Below are positions 9,992 to 20,580 of a stretch of 64,000 bases of DNA, piece by piece. Within the stretch, counting starts at the first letter, position 1. Every line of letters starts with the position of its first letter. The stretch spans positions 10,054 through 74,053 of the forward strand of contig JBILVT010000001.1 in the NCBI GenBank assembly GCA_044370275.1, written 5' to 3'. The position numbers were made by a program, and so were the translations under genes. The notes under the pieces are model-generated. The model did no database searches. It saw only the letters and a list, made by a program, of their open reading frames with translations, and was not told the origin of the DNA. The DNA is from Burkholderiaceae bacterium (GTDB lineage Bacteria; Pseudomonadota; Gammaproteobacteria; Burkholderiales; Burkholderiaceae_A).

Positions 9992-11083
9992 ATGACTACT
10001 CGTCGACAGTTTATTCAGGCCTCCGTAGCAGGCGGCACGCTTACCAGCCTTGGCGTTCCCGCCTTGGCGCAATCTTCCGGTCCGCTGAAGATCGGCTTTG
10101 TTTATGTAAGTCCGATTGGTGATGCGGGCTGGACCACCCAGCACAATATGGGCCGCCTCGAGATGGAAAAGGCCTTAGCTGGCAAAGTCACAACCTCTTT
10201 CGTTGAGAAGGTCTCCGAGGGCGCGGACACTGAGCGCGTGATTCGCGAAATGGCCACCAGTGGCCACCGGCTGATTTTCGCGACCAGCTTTGGTTATATG
10301 AATGCCGTGGAAAAGGTTTCCAAGGAATTTCCGAAGGTCGCTTTCATGCATGCTACCGGCTACAAGTCAGGCCCCAACTTCGGCAATTACAACGCACGCT
10401 TTTACGAAGGCCGTTATATCGCCGGTATGGTTGCGGGCCGCACAACCAAGAGCAATGTCTTGGGCTATGTCGCGGCGTTCCCGATCCCCGAGGTTCTGCA
10501 AGGCATTAATTCGTTTACACGGGGCGCACGCAGCGTCAATCCCAAGATTGATGTCCGTGTGATTTGGGTCAATAGCTGGTACGACCCGGGCAAAGAGCGC
10601 GAAGCAGCACTCACCCTGATCGCTCAAAAAGCAGATGTGTTAACCCACCATACCGATTCAACGGCGGTAGTTCAGGCCGCTGAAGAGAAGGCGGTGTTTG
10701 CGTGCGGCTATCACTCGGATATGTCCAAATATGGCCCTAAGGCTCACCTGACTGCGACCACCCATCACTGGGGCGCCTACTACACCAAGATTGCCCAGGA
10801 GGTGATTGCGGGCACCTGGAAAGCGGGCACCATCTGGGGCGGCATGAAAGATGGCTTCATCAAGATGGCCCCGTTGAACGCAAGCATTCCGGCAGCGGTC
10901 AAAGATCAGGTCACCAAGGTTGAGGCGGATATCCGTGCAGGAAAGTTCCACCCCTTCTCGGGATCGGTGATGGATCAGGACGGCAAAGAGCGCCTTGGCG
11001 CTGGCAAGACGATGTCGGATGATGAGCTCGGTAAGATGAATTACTACGTGCAAGGCGTGACTTCGAAACTACCGAAGTCTTGA
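9992..11083 (+). CDS. BMP-family purine/nucleoside-binding protein with Tat-type signal
   Basis: TRRQFI twin-arginine leader; GFVYVSPIGDAGWT, FATSFGY, WVNSWYDPGKE, ADVLTHHTDS. Confidence 0.88.
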   Translation: MTTRRQFIQASVAGGTLTSLGVPALAQSSGPLKIGFVYVSPIGDAGWTTQHNMGRLEMEKALAGKVTTSFVEKVSEGADTERVIREMATSGHRLIFATSFGYMNAVEKVSKEFPKVAFMHATGYKSGPNFGNYNARFYEGRYIAGMVAGRTTKSNVLGYVAAFPIPEVLQGINSFTRGARSVNPKIDVRVIWVNSWYDPGKEREAALTLIAQKADVLTHHTDSTAVVQAAEEKAVFACGYHSDMSKYGPKAHLTATTHHWGAYYTKIAQEVIAGTWKAGTIWGGMKDGFIKMAPLNASIPAAVKDQVTKVEADIRAGKFHPFSGSVMDQDGKERLGAGKTMSDDELGKMNYYVQGVTSKLPKS

Positions 11084-11100
11084 TCGCAGGAGCAGTTTCG

Positions 11101-12420
11101 GTGTCCGTTGGCATCCGCGGACACCTTGTTCATTTCCCCTCCGATCCGTCGTCAGGCGGATCGGAGGCGGTTCAGAATTTTTCCGATGGTGTTCTGATTA
11201 TTGAGTCAGGCCGGATCGCTGCATGCGGATCGTACGCGGCCCTTGCCGAGCGCTATCAGGCCTGCGATGAGCGCTATCACTATCCGGATCGTTTTGTTTT
11301 GCCGGGTTTCGTGGATACGCATACCCATTTCGCCCAGACCGATATCATCGCAAGCCCTAGCCCTTCGTTGCTGCACTGGCTTGAGCACTATACGTTTCCC
11401 GAGGAAGCGAGGTTTTCCGACCCAAATCATGGGCAAGTAGTCGCGCAATTCTTTATTCAGGAACTGCTTCGCCAGGGCATCACCACAGCCTCTGTCTTTG
11501 CGACCGTGCATCCTGAGTCTTGTGAGGCAATCTTTCAGGCTGCAAATGCCTGTGCGATGCGGATTATCGCTGGCAAAGTGTTAATGGATCAGAATGCGCC
11601 CGACTTTCTCTGCGATACCGCAGAGGGCGGAATAGAGGCAGCCCGCGCTTTAGTTGAACGTTGGCATGGCCGTGGGCGGCTGCGTTACTCAGTGACACCA
11701 CGATTCATTCCAACATCATCTGAAACGCAGCTGAGGCTTGCTGCCGCTTTTTATCACGAAATCCCGGATCTGCACCTGCAATCTCATGTTGCTGAAAATG
11801 AAGATGAAATCGCTTGGGTGAAGCGGCTGTATCCAAAGTCGCGAAGCTATCTGCAGGTGTATCAGGATTTTGGTCTTTTGGGACCGCGCGCGACTTACGC
11901 TCACTGCATCTGGTTTGACGATGACGATCGCAGGCTGATGGCTGCAACACAGACTGCGGCCGCGTTTTGTCCGACCTCGAATTTGTTCTTGGGCTCTGGC
12001 TTATTTGATTTAGCATCTGCTCGGTCGCATGGCCTAACGGTGGGGTTGGCCACGGATGTTGGCGGCGGCACGAGCTTTTCGATGCTGCGCACAATGCAAG
12101 AGGCCTACAAAGTTGCTCAGTTAAAAGGCCTGACGATGACGGCAGAGGAGTGTTTTTATCTGGCGACTCTGGGCGGGGCGAGGGCTTTGGGGCTCGATTC
12201 CCTGATTGGCAGTTTTAAACCCGGTAAAGAGGCCGATGTGATTGTGATCAACCCAGAGGCGACAGCCCTTTGCAGTCGCCGGATGCAGTCGACCAAGACG
12301 CTTTCCGAGCAGCTTTTTGTGACCATGATGTTGGGCGATGAACGCATGATCGAGCAGACCCATATTCTGGGCCGGCCGATGCAAACAATAGAACCAGAAG
12401 GAGCGGCCCATGCCAATTGA
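11101..12420 (+). CDS. guaD: Guanine deaminase
   Basis: PGFVDTHTHFAQ, WLEHYTFPEE, VTPRF, QSHVAEN, FCPTSNLFLGSG, ATDVGGGTS; GTG 11101 has AGGAG RBS (alternative TTG 11080). Confidence 0.92.
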   Translation: MSVGIRGHLVHFPSDPSSGGSEAVQNFSDGVLIIESGRIAACGSYAALAERYQACDERYHYPDRFVLPGFVDTHTHFAQTDIIASPSPSLLHWLEHYTFPEEARFSDPNHGQVVAQFFIQELLRQGITTASVFATVHPESCEAIFQAANACAMRIIAGKVLMDQNAPDFLCDTAEGGIEAARALVERWHGRGRLRYSVTPRFIPTSSETQLRLAAAFYHEIPDLHLQSHVAENEDEIAWVKRLYPKSRSYLQVYQDFGLLGPRATYAHCIWFDDDDRRLMAATQTAAAFCPTSNLFLGSGLFDLASARSHGLTVGLATDVGGGTSFSMLRTMQEAYKVAQLKGLTMTAEECFYLATLGGARALGLDSLIGSFKPGKEADVIVINPEATALCSRRMQSTKTLSEQLFVTMMLGDERMIEQTHILGRPMQTIEPEGAAHAN

Positions 12421-12967
12421 TCTTGAAGAAATTCAGCGTGTCCGTGATGAGGCCGATTGCTTAATGACCGCTCAGCAAGTGGATGGAGCAATTTCTGAGG
12501 TCGCCCGGCAGATCACAGCGCGGTTAAAAGGCGAAAATCCAATGGTCTACTGCGTGATGAATGGCGGCCTGATTTTCGCAGGCCAACTGATCCCAAAGCT
12601 GGATTTCCCGCTGGAAGTTGCCTATCTGCATGCCACCCGCTACGGCCATGCTTTAACCGGCACTTTTCTCGATTGGCGAGTGCGGCCCAGCCATGATCTG
12701 AAAGGCCGTTCTGTTTTGGTAATTGACGACATTTTGGATGAGGGCCACACGCTGGTCGCGATTGTGGATCACTTGAAGTCAGAGGGTGCGCGAGAAGTTT
12801 TAACCGCGGTGCTGATCAATAAGGTCCATGACCGCAAGGCGCGGCCCGGACAGCGGGCCGATTTCAGTGGCTTGGATGTCGAAGACCGTTATCTGTTCGG
12901 CTGCGGAATGGATTACAAAGGCTATTGGCGTAACCTTCCGGGGATTTATGCTTTAAAGGGCTCCTGA
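12410..12967 (+). CDS. hpt: Hypoxanthine-guanine phosphoribosyltransferase
   Basis: CVMNGGLIF, VLVIDDILDEGHTL PRPP-binding motif, YLFGCGMDYKGYWRNLPGIY. Confidence 0.9.
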   Translation: MPIDLEEIQRVRDEADCLMTAQQVDGAISEVARQITARLKGENPMVYCVMNGGLIFAGQLIPKLDFPLEVAYLHATRYGHALTGTFLDWRVRPSHDLKGRSVLVIDDILDEGHTLVAIVDHLKSEGAREVLTAVLINKVHDRKARPGQRADFSGLDVEDRYLFGCGMDYKGYWRNLPGIYALKGS

Positions 12968-12986
12968 GGCTGAAAGAATTAAGGCT

Positions 12987-13757
12987 ATGACATCGTTTTG
13001 TAATCTCAGCGGCAAGCGCGGTTTAGTTTTAGGGATCGCAAATGAACACAGCATCGCCGGCGCAGTGACACGCGCACTCCATAGCCATGGTGCTAAATTA
13101 GTAGCAACTTGTTTAAACGAAAAAGTAGTGCCTTATGCGAGCGCAGTCACGGCTCCGCTTGGCGTCACTTTGAAAACTTGTAACGTCTCCGAGGAAGGTC
13201 AGCTTGAGCTGGCAATGCGCGAGGCAATCCAAGAGCTCGGCGGAATTGATTTCGTGGTTCATTCAATTGCCTGGGCGCCACTAGAGGATCTACACGGCCG
13301 TGTGATCGATAGCTCACGCGAAGGATTTGAGAAAGCCATCACCATTTCTTGCCACTCCTTTGCTGAGCTTGGCAGGCTCGCTCTGGCCCACATGACCGAG
13401 GGCGGGAGTCTCATTACGATGACCTATCACGGCTCACGTGAAGTTGTTCCGAGTTATGGGGTTATGGGTCCGATCAAGGCGGCACTCGAATCCTTGGTGC
13501 GGTATATGGCAGCGGAGTGCGGACCCTCCGGAATCAGGGTTCATGCGATTTCACCGGGCCCGATTCCAACGCGGGCTGCCTCGGCCTTGCAGAGCTTTGA
13601 TCAGCTGATGGCTGATGCCGCCAAGCGCAGCCCCCTCGGTCGATTGGTATCGCTTGAGGAGATCGCTAACCTTACGACTTTCCTTTGCTCAGATGAATCT
13701 TCCGGTATGACTGGGCAAACCATTTATGTCGATGCTGGGTTTAATATAGTTGCCTGA
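12987..13757 (+). CDS. fabI: Enoyl-ACP reductase FabI-like (SDR)
   Basis: GIANEHSIA, VHSIAWAP, YGVMGPIKAALE (Y..K), ISPGPIPTRAAS. Confidence 0.85.
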   Translation: MTSFCNLSGKRGLVLGIANEHSIAGAVTRALHSHGAKLVATCLNEKVVPYASAVTAPLGVTLKTCNVSEEGQLELAMREAIQELGGIDFVVHSIAWAPLEDLHGRVIDSSREGFEKAITISCHSFAELGRLALAHMTEGGSLITMTYHGSREVVPSYGVMGPIKAALESLVRYMAAECGPSGIRVHAISPGPIPTRAASALQSFDQLMADAAKRSPLGRLVSLEEIANLTTFLCSDESSGMTGQTIYVDAGFNIVA

Positions 13758-13789
13758 GCTGAGTAAAACAATCTCTACAGGAGTGGATA

Positions 13790-14815
13790 GTGAATCAATA
13801 TATGGCACCCTCGCTTTGTGAGTCTCGTCGCCGTCCGTTGTGGTCGGCGATTGCAGTGATTGCCGCGATGTTTCTCCTCGGCATCGGATTTCCATACGGC
13901 TCTGTGGCCGCCCAAGGCTTTCCTTCGCAGACTGTACGAATTGTGGTACCTACGCCTCCCGGCAGCTCTGTAGATGTGGCGGCCCGCTTGATTTCGGAGC
14001 GACTACGCGAGCGTTTGGGTCAGCCCGTCATCATCGAGAATCGGCCCGGCGCGGGCGGCACCATTGCGGGCGGCGAGGTCGCCCGGGCAGCCGCAGACGG
14101 TCACACGTTATTTGCCGGATTCAATGGTCCGCTGGCGAGTGCACCTTTGCTCTTTTCCAAGATGACTTATCGCCCTTTGGAGAGCTTCGTTCCGATCATT
14201 ACGACGGTCTCTCAGCCCCATGTGTTGGTTGTCAACGCCCAGCATCCTGCAAAGAATCTCAACGAGTTCATCGCCTCGGTGCGCAGTGCGCCGGGCCGGT
14301 ATAACTATGCATCGGTGGGCAACGGCAGTGCATCCCACCTCACCATGGAACTGTTGAAATCCAGAGCAAATCTCGCCATCGTGCATATCCCCTACACGGG
14401 AGGTCCGGGGGCGACGCAGGCACTGGTAGCGGGAGACGTCCATGCGCTGTTTACCGCTTATGTCAATGTAAGGCCGATGGTCAGCGCGGGCCGTCTGAGG
14501 GTGCTTGGTATCGCAGAGTCGAAACGCTCTCCTGCGCTCCCGGAGGTGCCCACGTTCGCGGAGCAGGGCTTTGCTGGCATTGATGCCCCGCTGTTTAATG
14601 CCATCGTGGCGCCTGCTGGCACTCCCGCATCTGTTGTGGCGCGACTGAATCGGGAAATCGGTGAAATCCTCATGCTAGACGACACGCGAAGCAAGCTCGC
14701 GTCGGGGGGCATGGATGTGATTGGCGGGTCTCCTGAGCAGCTTGCAGCCCTCATGAGGGCTGAGGCACAGCGCTGGCAGCCTGTGGTCGAGCGCCTCGGT
14801 TTGCGGCCCGATTAA
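13790..14815 (+). CDS. Bug/TctC tripartite tricarboxylate transporter-family solute receptor
   Basis: VPTPPGSSVD, ENRPGAGG, ADGHTL, YASVGNGSASHL, HIPYTG, LPEVPT; exact start uncertain. Confidence 0.9.
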   Translation: MNQYMAPSLCESRRRPLWSAIAVIAAMFLLGIGFPYGSVAAQGFPSQTVRIVVPTPPGSSVDVAARLISERLRERLGQPVIIENRPGAGGTIAGGEVARAAADGHTLFAGFNGPLASAPLLFSKMTYRPLESFVPIITTVSQPHVLVVNAQHPAKNLNEFIASVRSAPGRYNYASVGNGSASHLTMELLKSRANLAIVHIPYTGGPGATQALVAGDVHALFTAYVNVRPMVSAGRLRVLGIAESKRSPALPEVPTFAEQGFAGIDAPLFNAIVAPAGTPASVVARLNREIGEILMLDDTRSKLASGGMDVIGGSPEQLAALMRAEAQRWQPVVERLGLRPD

Positions 14816-14948
14816 TTTTTACTTGCATCTCCCCTCTTGCGGCAGCCGTTTTGCGGGTTTTCCAGGGGGGTGAAGAAGTGTCGCAGACAGGGCACTGTCG
14901 ATATCCTAGAGACTTGACCGCTTAATCTTTGAAGCAGACGGAGTTGCC

Positions 14949-16532
14949 ATGCGTATTTTGACGTTGATTGTTAGCCTGATAGCAGCATTGTCGTTGACTG
15001 CGACGCCTGCCACAGCAAAAACATTTCGTTGGTCATTTGCAAGTGATATTCCTTCAATGGATATCCACTCCCAAAACAATGCCCTGGCCAATATGGTCCA
15101 CGGCGCGATCTATGAAAGCCTTGTGATCTATAACAGCCGAACCTTTGCTCCTGAGCCGTTGTTAGCCACGGGGTGGACCGAGGTGAACCCGCGGCAAATG
15201 AGGTTTACGCTGCGACAGGGCGTGCGATTTAGCGATGGCAGCGCTTTTAGTGCCGACGATGTGGTGTTTTCGATCAATCGGGCAATGGCGAAAACATCCA
15301 ACTACCATATCTATACTCAAGGAATTGATCGAGTGGTCAAGGTGAATAATCTGACCGTCGACATCTTTCTTTCGGTACCCAATCCGGTTCTAATTCGCCA
15401 GCTCACCGAGCTCAGAATGATGAGCAAGGCCTGGGCGGAAAAAAATAACGCGGTGGAGCCCAAAGATCTGAAGACAAAAGATGAGCCTTTTTCCCATCGC
15501 AACGCAATGGGCACCGGACCGTATCTTCTGAAGTCGTGGCAGCCCGATCAGCGTATGGTTCTGGTTCGAAATCCGAACTGGTGGGGTGCCGGAAAGTTCC
15601 CGACCAATGTTGAAGAGATCATCTTCCTGCCAATTCGTTCAGATGCAACACGTATGGCGGCTTTGTTTTCCGGCGAGATTGATTTCGTGCTCGATCCTAC
15701 CCCGCAAGACCTACCAAGGGTCCGCGGGAATTCTACCCTTCAGCTGATCGAGGGCCCCGAGAATCGGACGATCTTCCTTGGGATGGATCAGTTTCGAGAT
15801 GAATTGCCTGGCAGCAACATCAAGGGTAAAAACCCCCTGAAGGATGTCAATGTGCGAAAGGCGCTTTACCAGGCGATTGATATCGAGAATATTCATAAGG
15901 TTGTTATGCGGGGTCAGGCGCAAATCACAGGAGCGCTCGTTGCGCCGCAGGTAGACGGCTGGACTGAAGGGGTCCATCGTCGCCATGCTTATGACCCCAA
16001 AGAGGCCACTCGACTACTGACAGCGGCGGGATACCCCAATGGCTTCGAGGTCGATTTCGCATGCCCCAATAATCGTTACGTCAATGATGAGCAGATCTGC
16101 CAGGCCATTACCGCAATGTGGGCCAAGGTGGGAGTACGTGCGAAGCTGAGAACCCTGCCGCTGGTTACCTACTTCCCGATGATCCAACGTCATGAGGCCA
16201 GTATCTACATGTTGGGATGGGGTGTGCCGACCTTTGATGCTTTGTACTCGTTGCAATCGCTGGTTCGCACGAAAACGACTGGCGCTGATGGAAATTACAA
16301 TGTGGGCCGATACAGTAATGCGAAGATGGATCAGATTGTGGATCGTATCAAGACTGAAACAGACTCGCTGATTCGAAAGCGTCTTATGTCAGAAGCCTTG
16401 CAGCTTCAGAACGATACAGTTGCGCATATTCCATTGCATAATCAATTTATTCCGTGGGCTGCGAAGAAATCTATCGAGACCGTACACCGTGCCGACAATC
16501 GAATCGATTGGCGTCTAACTGTAGTCCGTTAA
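14949..16532 (+). CDS. Dpp/Opp-family (SBP_bac_5) ABC substrate-binding protein
   Basis: Signal peptide; LRQGVRFSDG, DDVVFS, GTGPY, NPNWWG, VRKALYQAID. Confidence 0.9.
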   Translation: MRILTLIVSLIAALSLTATPATAKTFRWSFASDIPSMDIHSQNNALANMVHGAIYESLVIYNSRTFAPEPLLATGWTEVNPRQMRFTLRQGVRFSDGSAFSADDVVFSINRAMAKTSNYHIYTQGIDRVVKVNNLTVDIFLSVPNPVLIRQLTELRMMSKAWAEKNNAVEPKDLKTKDEPFSHRNAMGTGPYLLKSWQPDQRMVLVRNPNWWGAGKFPTNVEEIIFLPIRSDATRMAALFSGEIDFVLDPTPQDLPRVRGNSTLQLIEGPENRTIFLGMDQFRDELPGSNIKGKNPLKDVNVRKALYQAIDIENIHKVVMRGQAQITGALVAPQVDGWTEGVHRRHAYDPKEATRLLTAAGYPNGFEVDFACPNNRYVNDEQICQAITAMWAKVGVRAKLRTLPLVTYFPMIQRHEASIYMLGWGVPTFDALYSLQSLVRTKTTGADGNYNVGRYSNAKMDQIVDRIKTETDSLIRKRLMSEALQLQNDTVAHIPLHNQFIPWAAKKSIETVHRADNRIDWRLTVVR

Positions 16533-16581
16533 TAGGCTATTTTTATTGATGGATAACGATCTGTAGCCTTGCTCGATATCA

Positions 16582-17553
16582 ATGTTGGTTTTTCTGCTCG
16601 AGCGAGTGCTGCAGTGCCTATTGGTGCTGCTTGCGGTTGCATTAATTGCGTTTTTGCTCTTCCAATATGTGGGCGATCCGGTACTGTTTATACTCGGGCA
16701 GGATGCGACTGAGGAGCAGGTCAGCGCCCTTCGCGAATCACTTGGGCTCGATCAGCCTGCATTAGTTCAGTTTGGGTATTTTCTGCTTAATGCAATGCAG
16801 GGTGAGTTTGGGCTGAGCCTTCGGCAGGGCATTGCTGTCTCGACCCTGATTGCCGAGCGTCTTCCTGCAACCCTAGAGCTGTCGATAGTGGCCGCCGTCA
16901 TCGCGCTTTTCGTTGGAATTCCGATGGGGGTATACGCAGCTATTCGCAGAGGATCCGCCTTGGCCCAAGTCTTTATGGCGATCTCCTTGCTCGGGGTCTC
17001 ACTGCCCACATTCTTGATTGGTATTTTTCTCATCCTCCTTTTTTCTGTTGCATTGGGTGTCTTACCAAGCTTTGGCCGGGGGGAGGTCACGAGTCTTTGG
17101 GGGTTCACCACCGGACTTTTTGGCTGGGGCGGAATCAAGCACTTGATACTGCCGTCCATCACGCTTGCAGTTTTTCAGCTAACTCTGATTATGCGGCTCG
17201 TTCGAACGGAAATGCTGGAGGTTCTTCGGATGGACTACATCCGATTCGCGCGGGCAAGAGGCCTCAGGCAGCGGTCGATCTATTTCGGGCACGCATTGAA
17301 AAATACGCTTGTACCCGTGATTACCATCACTGGACTGCAGCTCGGAGGGCTGATTGCCTTCGCTATCATCACTGAGACTGTTTTTCAGTGGCCGGGGATG
17401 GGACTGCTCTTTATTCAGGCGGTCAATTTCGCTGATATTCCCGTCATGGCCGCCTATTTATGCTTAATTTCAATCATTTTTGTAGTAATCAATCTTATCG
17501 TTGACCTTCTGTACTTCACGGTGGATCCTCGTTTGAGAGTTCAACTCGGCTAG
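16582..17553 (+). CDS. Dpp/Opp-family ABC permease (DppB-like)
   Basis: RLPATLEL, HLILPSITL, DYIRFARARGL, ITETVFQWPGMG. Confidence 0.9.
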   Translation: MLVFLLERVLQCLLVLLAVALIAFLLFQYVGDPVLFILGQDATEEQVSALRESLGLDQPALVQFGYFLLNAMQGEFGLSLRQGIAVSTLIAERLPATLELSIVAAVIALFVGIPMGVYAAIRRGSALAQVFMAISLLGVSLPTFLIGIFLILLFSVALGVLPSFGRGEVTSLWGFTTGLFGWGGIKHLILPSITLAVFQLTLIMRLVRTEMLEVLRMDYIRFARARGLRQRSIYFGHALKNTLVPVITITGLQLGGLIAFAIITETVFQWPGMGLLFIQAVNFADIPVMAAYLCLISIIFVVINLIVDLLYFTVDPRLRVQLG

Positions 17554-17586
17554 AAATTACTTTAAGAAGTCATCGAGAACCCGCAC

Positions 17587-18498
17587 GTGCTAAGAAATTT
17601 TTTCGATAGTGATATTGGCTACAGTTTTCGCTCCTCACCGGTAGCGATTGGTTCTTCGTTAATTGCAGTGCTCTGTGGTTTGGGCGCTGCGCTGAGTGGT
17701 CTGATCGCCCCTCACAACCCATTTGATCTCGCAAGTCTTATTCTTTCGGATGCACGATTACCCCCGGCTTGGAGTGAAGGTGGATCTTGGCGGTATGTCT
17801 TAGGCACCGATGACCAGGGTCGTGACATGCTGTCTGCGATTCTCTATGGCATGCGGATATCCCTGCTCGTCAGCGTCGTCTCGGTGGCGCTTTCTGTTCT
17901 GATTGGAACTTCTCTGGGGCTCCTCGCTGGGTATCTCGGCGGCTGGCTCGACGCATTTCTAATGCGTTTGTGTGATGTTATGTTGAGCTTTCCTGCGATT
18001 CTTATCGCGTTATTGATAGCAGGCGTTGGTCGTGCACTTTTTCCTGACGCCCATGAATCGTTGGCTTTTGGGGTCTTGGTGCTTTCTATTACGCTTCCAG
18101 GATGGGTTCAATACGCCCGTACGGTCCGTGCATCGACATTGGTTGAATCTCGGAAAGAGTATGTACTCGCCGCCCGTTTAATTGGAGTGAGCTCCGCTCG
18201 AATTGTCTATCGTCATGTGCTTCCGAATGTGGTTGGGCCAATTTTGGTTTTGGCCACTATACAAATAGCAACCTCGATTATTACCGAAGCGACACTTTCA
18301 TTTTTAGGTGTAGGCGTACCCCCGACGTCCCCGTCTCTGGGAACGCTAATTCGAATCGGAAACGACTATCTATTTTCTGGGGAGTGGTGGATTCTTGTTT
18401 TTCCAGGGGTAGCACTTGTCATTTTGGCAGTTTCGGTGAATTTGTTAGGCGATTGGATGCGTGATGCGTTTAATCCTCGTCTGCGAATGGGACGATAG
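17587..18498 (+). CDS. Dpp/Opp-family ABC permease (DppC-like)
   Basis: LGTDDQGRD, EYVLAARLIG, HVLPN, EATLSFLGVG, NLLGDWMRD. Confidence 0.9.
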   Translation: MLRNFFDSDIGYSFRSSPVAIGSSLIAVLCGLGAALSGLIAPHNPFDLASLILSDARLPPAWSEGGSWRYVLGTDDQGRDMLSAILYGMRISLLVSVVSVALSVLIGTSLGLLAGYLGGWLDAFLMRLCDVMLSFPAILIALLIAGVGRALFPDAHESLAFGVLVLSITLPGWVQYARTVRASTLVESRKEYVLAARLIGVSSARIVYRHVLPNVVGPILVLATIQIATSIITEATLSFLGVGVPPTSPSLGTLIRIGNDYLFSGEWWILVFPGVALVILAVSVNLLGDWMRDAFNPRLRMGR

Positions 18499-18507
18499 AG
18501 TATCCAG

Positions 18508-20547
18508 ATGACAGTATCGTTACTTCGCGTCGATCAGCTCGTGGTGGAGTTCCCCACTCGCGACTCAACGCTGCGTGCTCTTGACCGAGTCTCTCTTGAA
18601 ATTTCTGCTGGCGAAATTCTTGGACTCGTAGGGGAGTCTGGTGCTGGCAAGTCGATAACTGGATTGGCCACCATAGGATTGCTTGATCCGCCGGGCCGCA
18701 TCTCCTCTGGGCAGGTATTGCTCCAGGGCGAGCGTATTGACAACTTATCGGAGCAAGAGCTTCAAACCATACGTGGCCGAAAAATTGGCGCTATTTTTCA
18801 AGATCCGCTTACCGCCCTCAATCCTCTGTATACAGTTGGTCAGCAGCTGGTCGAGACGATTCGGACACACTTACACCTGACAGTCTCACAGGCAAGAGCT
18901 CGGGCTATCGAGTTGCTAAAGGAAACTGGAATACCGGCTGCCGAGGAGCGTATTGACCATTATCCCCATCAATTTTCTGGGGGAATGCGTCAGCGTGTTG
19001 TAATCGCTTTAGCACTTTGTGCTGAGCCGGCGCTGGTGATCGCAGATGAGCCCACCACTGCGCTGGATGTCTCAATACAGGCCCAGATCATTGGTCTGCT
19101 CCGGGAGGCCTGCCGTCAGCGCGGTGCCGGAGTCATGCTGATCACGCATGATCTCGGAGTCATTGCGGAGACATGCGATCGTGTGGCGGTCATGTATTCG
19201 GGCCGAGTGATTGAGCAGGGGCCGGTTGCGGATGTCATCCATCGACCCAGCCACCCGTATACCGTTGGTCTGATGGCAGCGATTCCGACGCTCGATCAAC
19301 GCCGAAAACGCTTATCGCATATTCCGGGCAACATGCCCCGACTCGATGGTCTGCCTAGTGGATGTGCTTTTCATCCTCGGTGTGTACTCTCGGATGATCG
19401 CTGCGCCTCCCAGCGCCCCGAATTAGACCGGCTGGAAAAGAACCGGGATGTCGCATGCTGGCGCAGTGAAAACGCCCGTACTCTAATGGGTGAAACGGAA
19501 ATCCAGGATAAGGCGCCTCAAGCTGATCGGCAGGCAGAATCGTCCAACGTTGATCAACGCCCACTCGTTGCGATTCGAGGACTCTATCGAACCTTTGATG
19601 TCAGCCCCTCTTGGTTAATACGGCTTATCTATCGCCGACCGCGGCTTCAGCTTCGCGCGGTGATGGACATACAGCTCGAACTTTCCCGTGGGGAGACATT
19701 CGCATTGGTGGGGGAGTCGGGCTGCGGAAAAACGACTCTGGCGCGCGTTGTGGTGGGGCTCGATTCGCCCACTCAGGGTGAGGTCCGCTTTGATGGGGTC
19801 GGCCTTCATGCGACGCTGCGATCTGGTCGGTCTAGAGACCTTCGACAGAAAATCCAAATGATATTTCAGGATCCATACTCAAGCCTTAATCCGCGATGGT
19901 CGGTGCACCAGATTGTGGCAGAGCCACTGTATGAGTACGGACTCGCGCTTAGCAGAGAGGAAGCGGTCCGCCAGGTGGATGAGCTCCTGACTGCAGTTGG
20001 TCTTTCGCCGGCTGACCAGAGAAAATATCCCCATCAGTTTTCGGGTGGACAACGTCAGCGCATCTCAATTGCTCGAGCACTTGCCGCAAATCCAGAATTT
20101 CTTGTCTGTGATGAGCCGACGTCCGCGCTGGATGTCTCTGTGCAAGCGCAGATACTAAATCTGATGCAGGACCTCCAGACAAGACTTGGCCTTACTTATC
20201 TGTTGATTTCCCATAATCTAGCCATCGTTCAACATTTCAGTGATCGGGTTGGGGTGATGTATCTCGGGCAGATTGTCGAGCAGGGTGTTACCGATGCTGT
20301 ATTCACGAATCCGCGGCATCCGTATACACGGCTCTTGATGGACTCTATTCCGCGATTGGCTGTTCCTGATCGAGCGCGTATCCCCATACAGGGGGAAGTT
20401 CCTAATCCGCTGACGCCGCCCTCGGGTTGTGTCTTTCATCCGCGCTGCCCCCATGCACAGTCACGTTGCCGCTCAGAGAGTCCCCTTTTAAAGGTAGTAG
20501 GGGATCGGCGATTGGCCTGTCATGCTGTTGAAGAGGGAAGACTGTGA
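18508..20547 (+). CDS. Fused DppD-DppF type ABC ATPase
   Basis: Two Walker A (GESGAGKS, GESGCGKT), two YPHQFSGG, two HPYT + Cys-rich (C.FHPRC) C-terminal domains. Confidence 0.9.
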   Translation: MTVSLLRVDQLVVEFPTRDSTLRALDRVSLEISAGEILGLVGESGAGKSITGLATIGLLDPPGRISSGQVLLQGERIDNLSEQELQTIRGRKIGAIFQDPLTALNPLYTVGQQLVETIRTHLHLTVSQARARAIELLKETGIPAAEERIDHYPHQFSGGMRQRVVIALALCAEPALVIADEPTTALDVSIQAQIIGLLREACRQRGAGVMLITHDLGVIAETCDRVAVMYSGRVIEQGPVADVIHRPSHPYTVGLMAAIPTLDQRRKRLSHIPGNMPRLDGLPSGCAFHPRCVLSDDRCASQRPELDRLEKNRDVACWRSENARTLMGETEIQDKAPQADRQAESSNVDQRPLVAIRGLYRTFDVSPSWLIRLIYRRPRLQLRAVMDIQLELSRGETFALVGESGCGKTTLARVVVGLDSPTQGEVRFDGVGLHATLRSGRSRDLRQKIQMIFQDPYSSLNPRWSVHQIVAEPLYEYGLALSREEAVRQVDELLTAVGLSPADQRKYPHQFSGGQRQRISIARALAANPEFLVCDEPTSALDVSVQAQILNLMQDLQTRLGLTYLLISHNLAIVQHFSDRVGVMYLGQIVEQGVTDAVFTNPRHPYTRLLMDSIPRLAVPDRARIPIQGEVPNPLTPPSGCVFHPRCPHAQSRCRSESPLLKVVGDRRLACHAVEEGRL

Positions 20548-20580
20548 GTGCATTTGAATGACTAATCTTGAGCAATAGCG

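Noticed and set aside
6484-12967. Purine ABC-BMP-guaD-hpt cluster as a novelty
   Set aside because: Coherent but ordinary purine salvage arrangement
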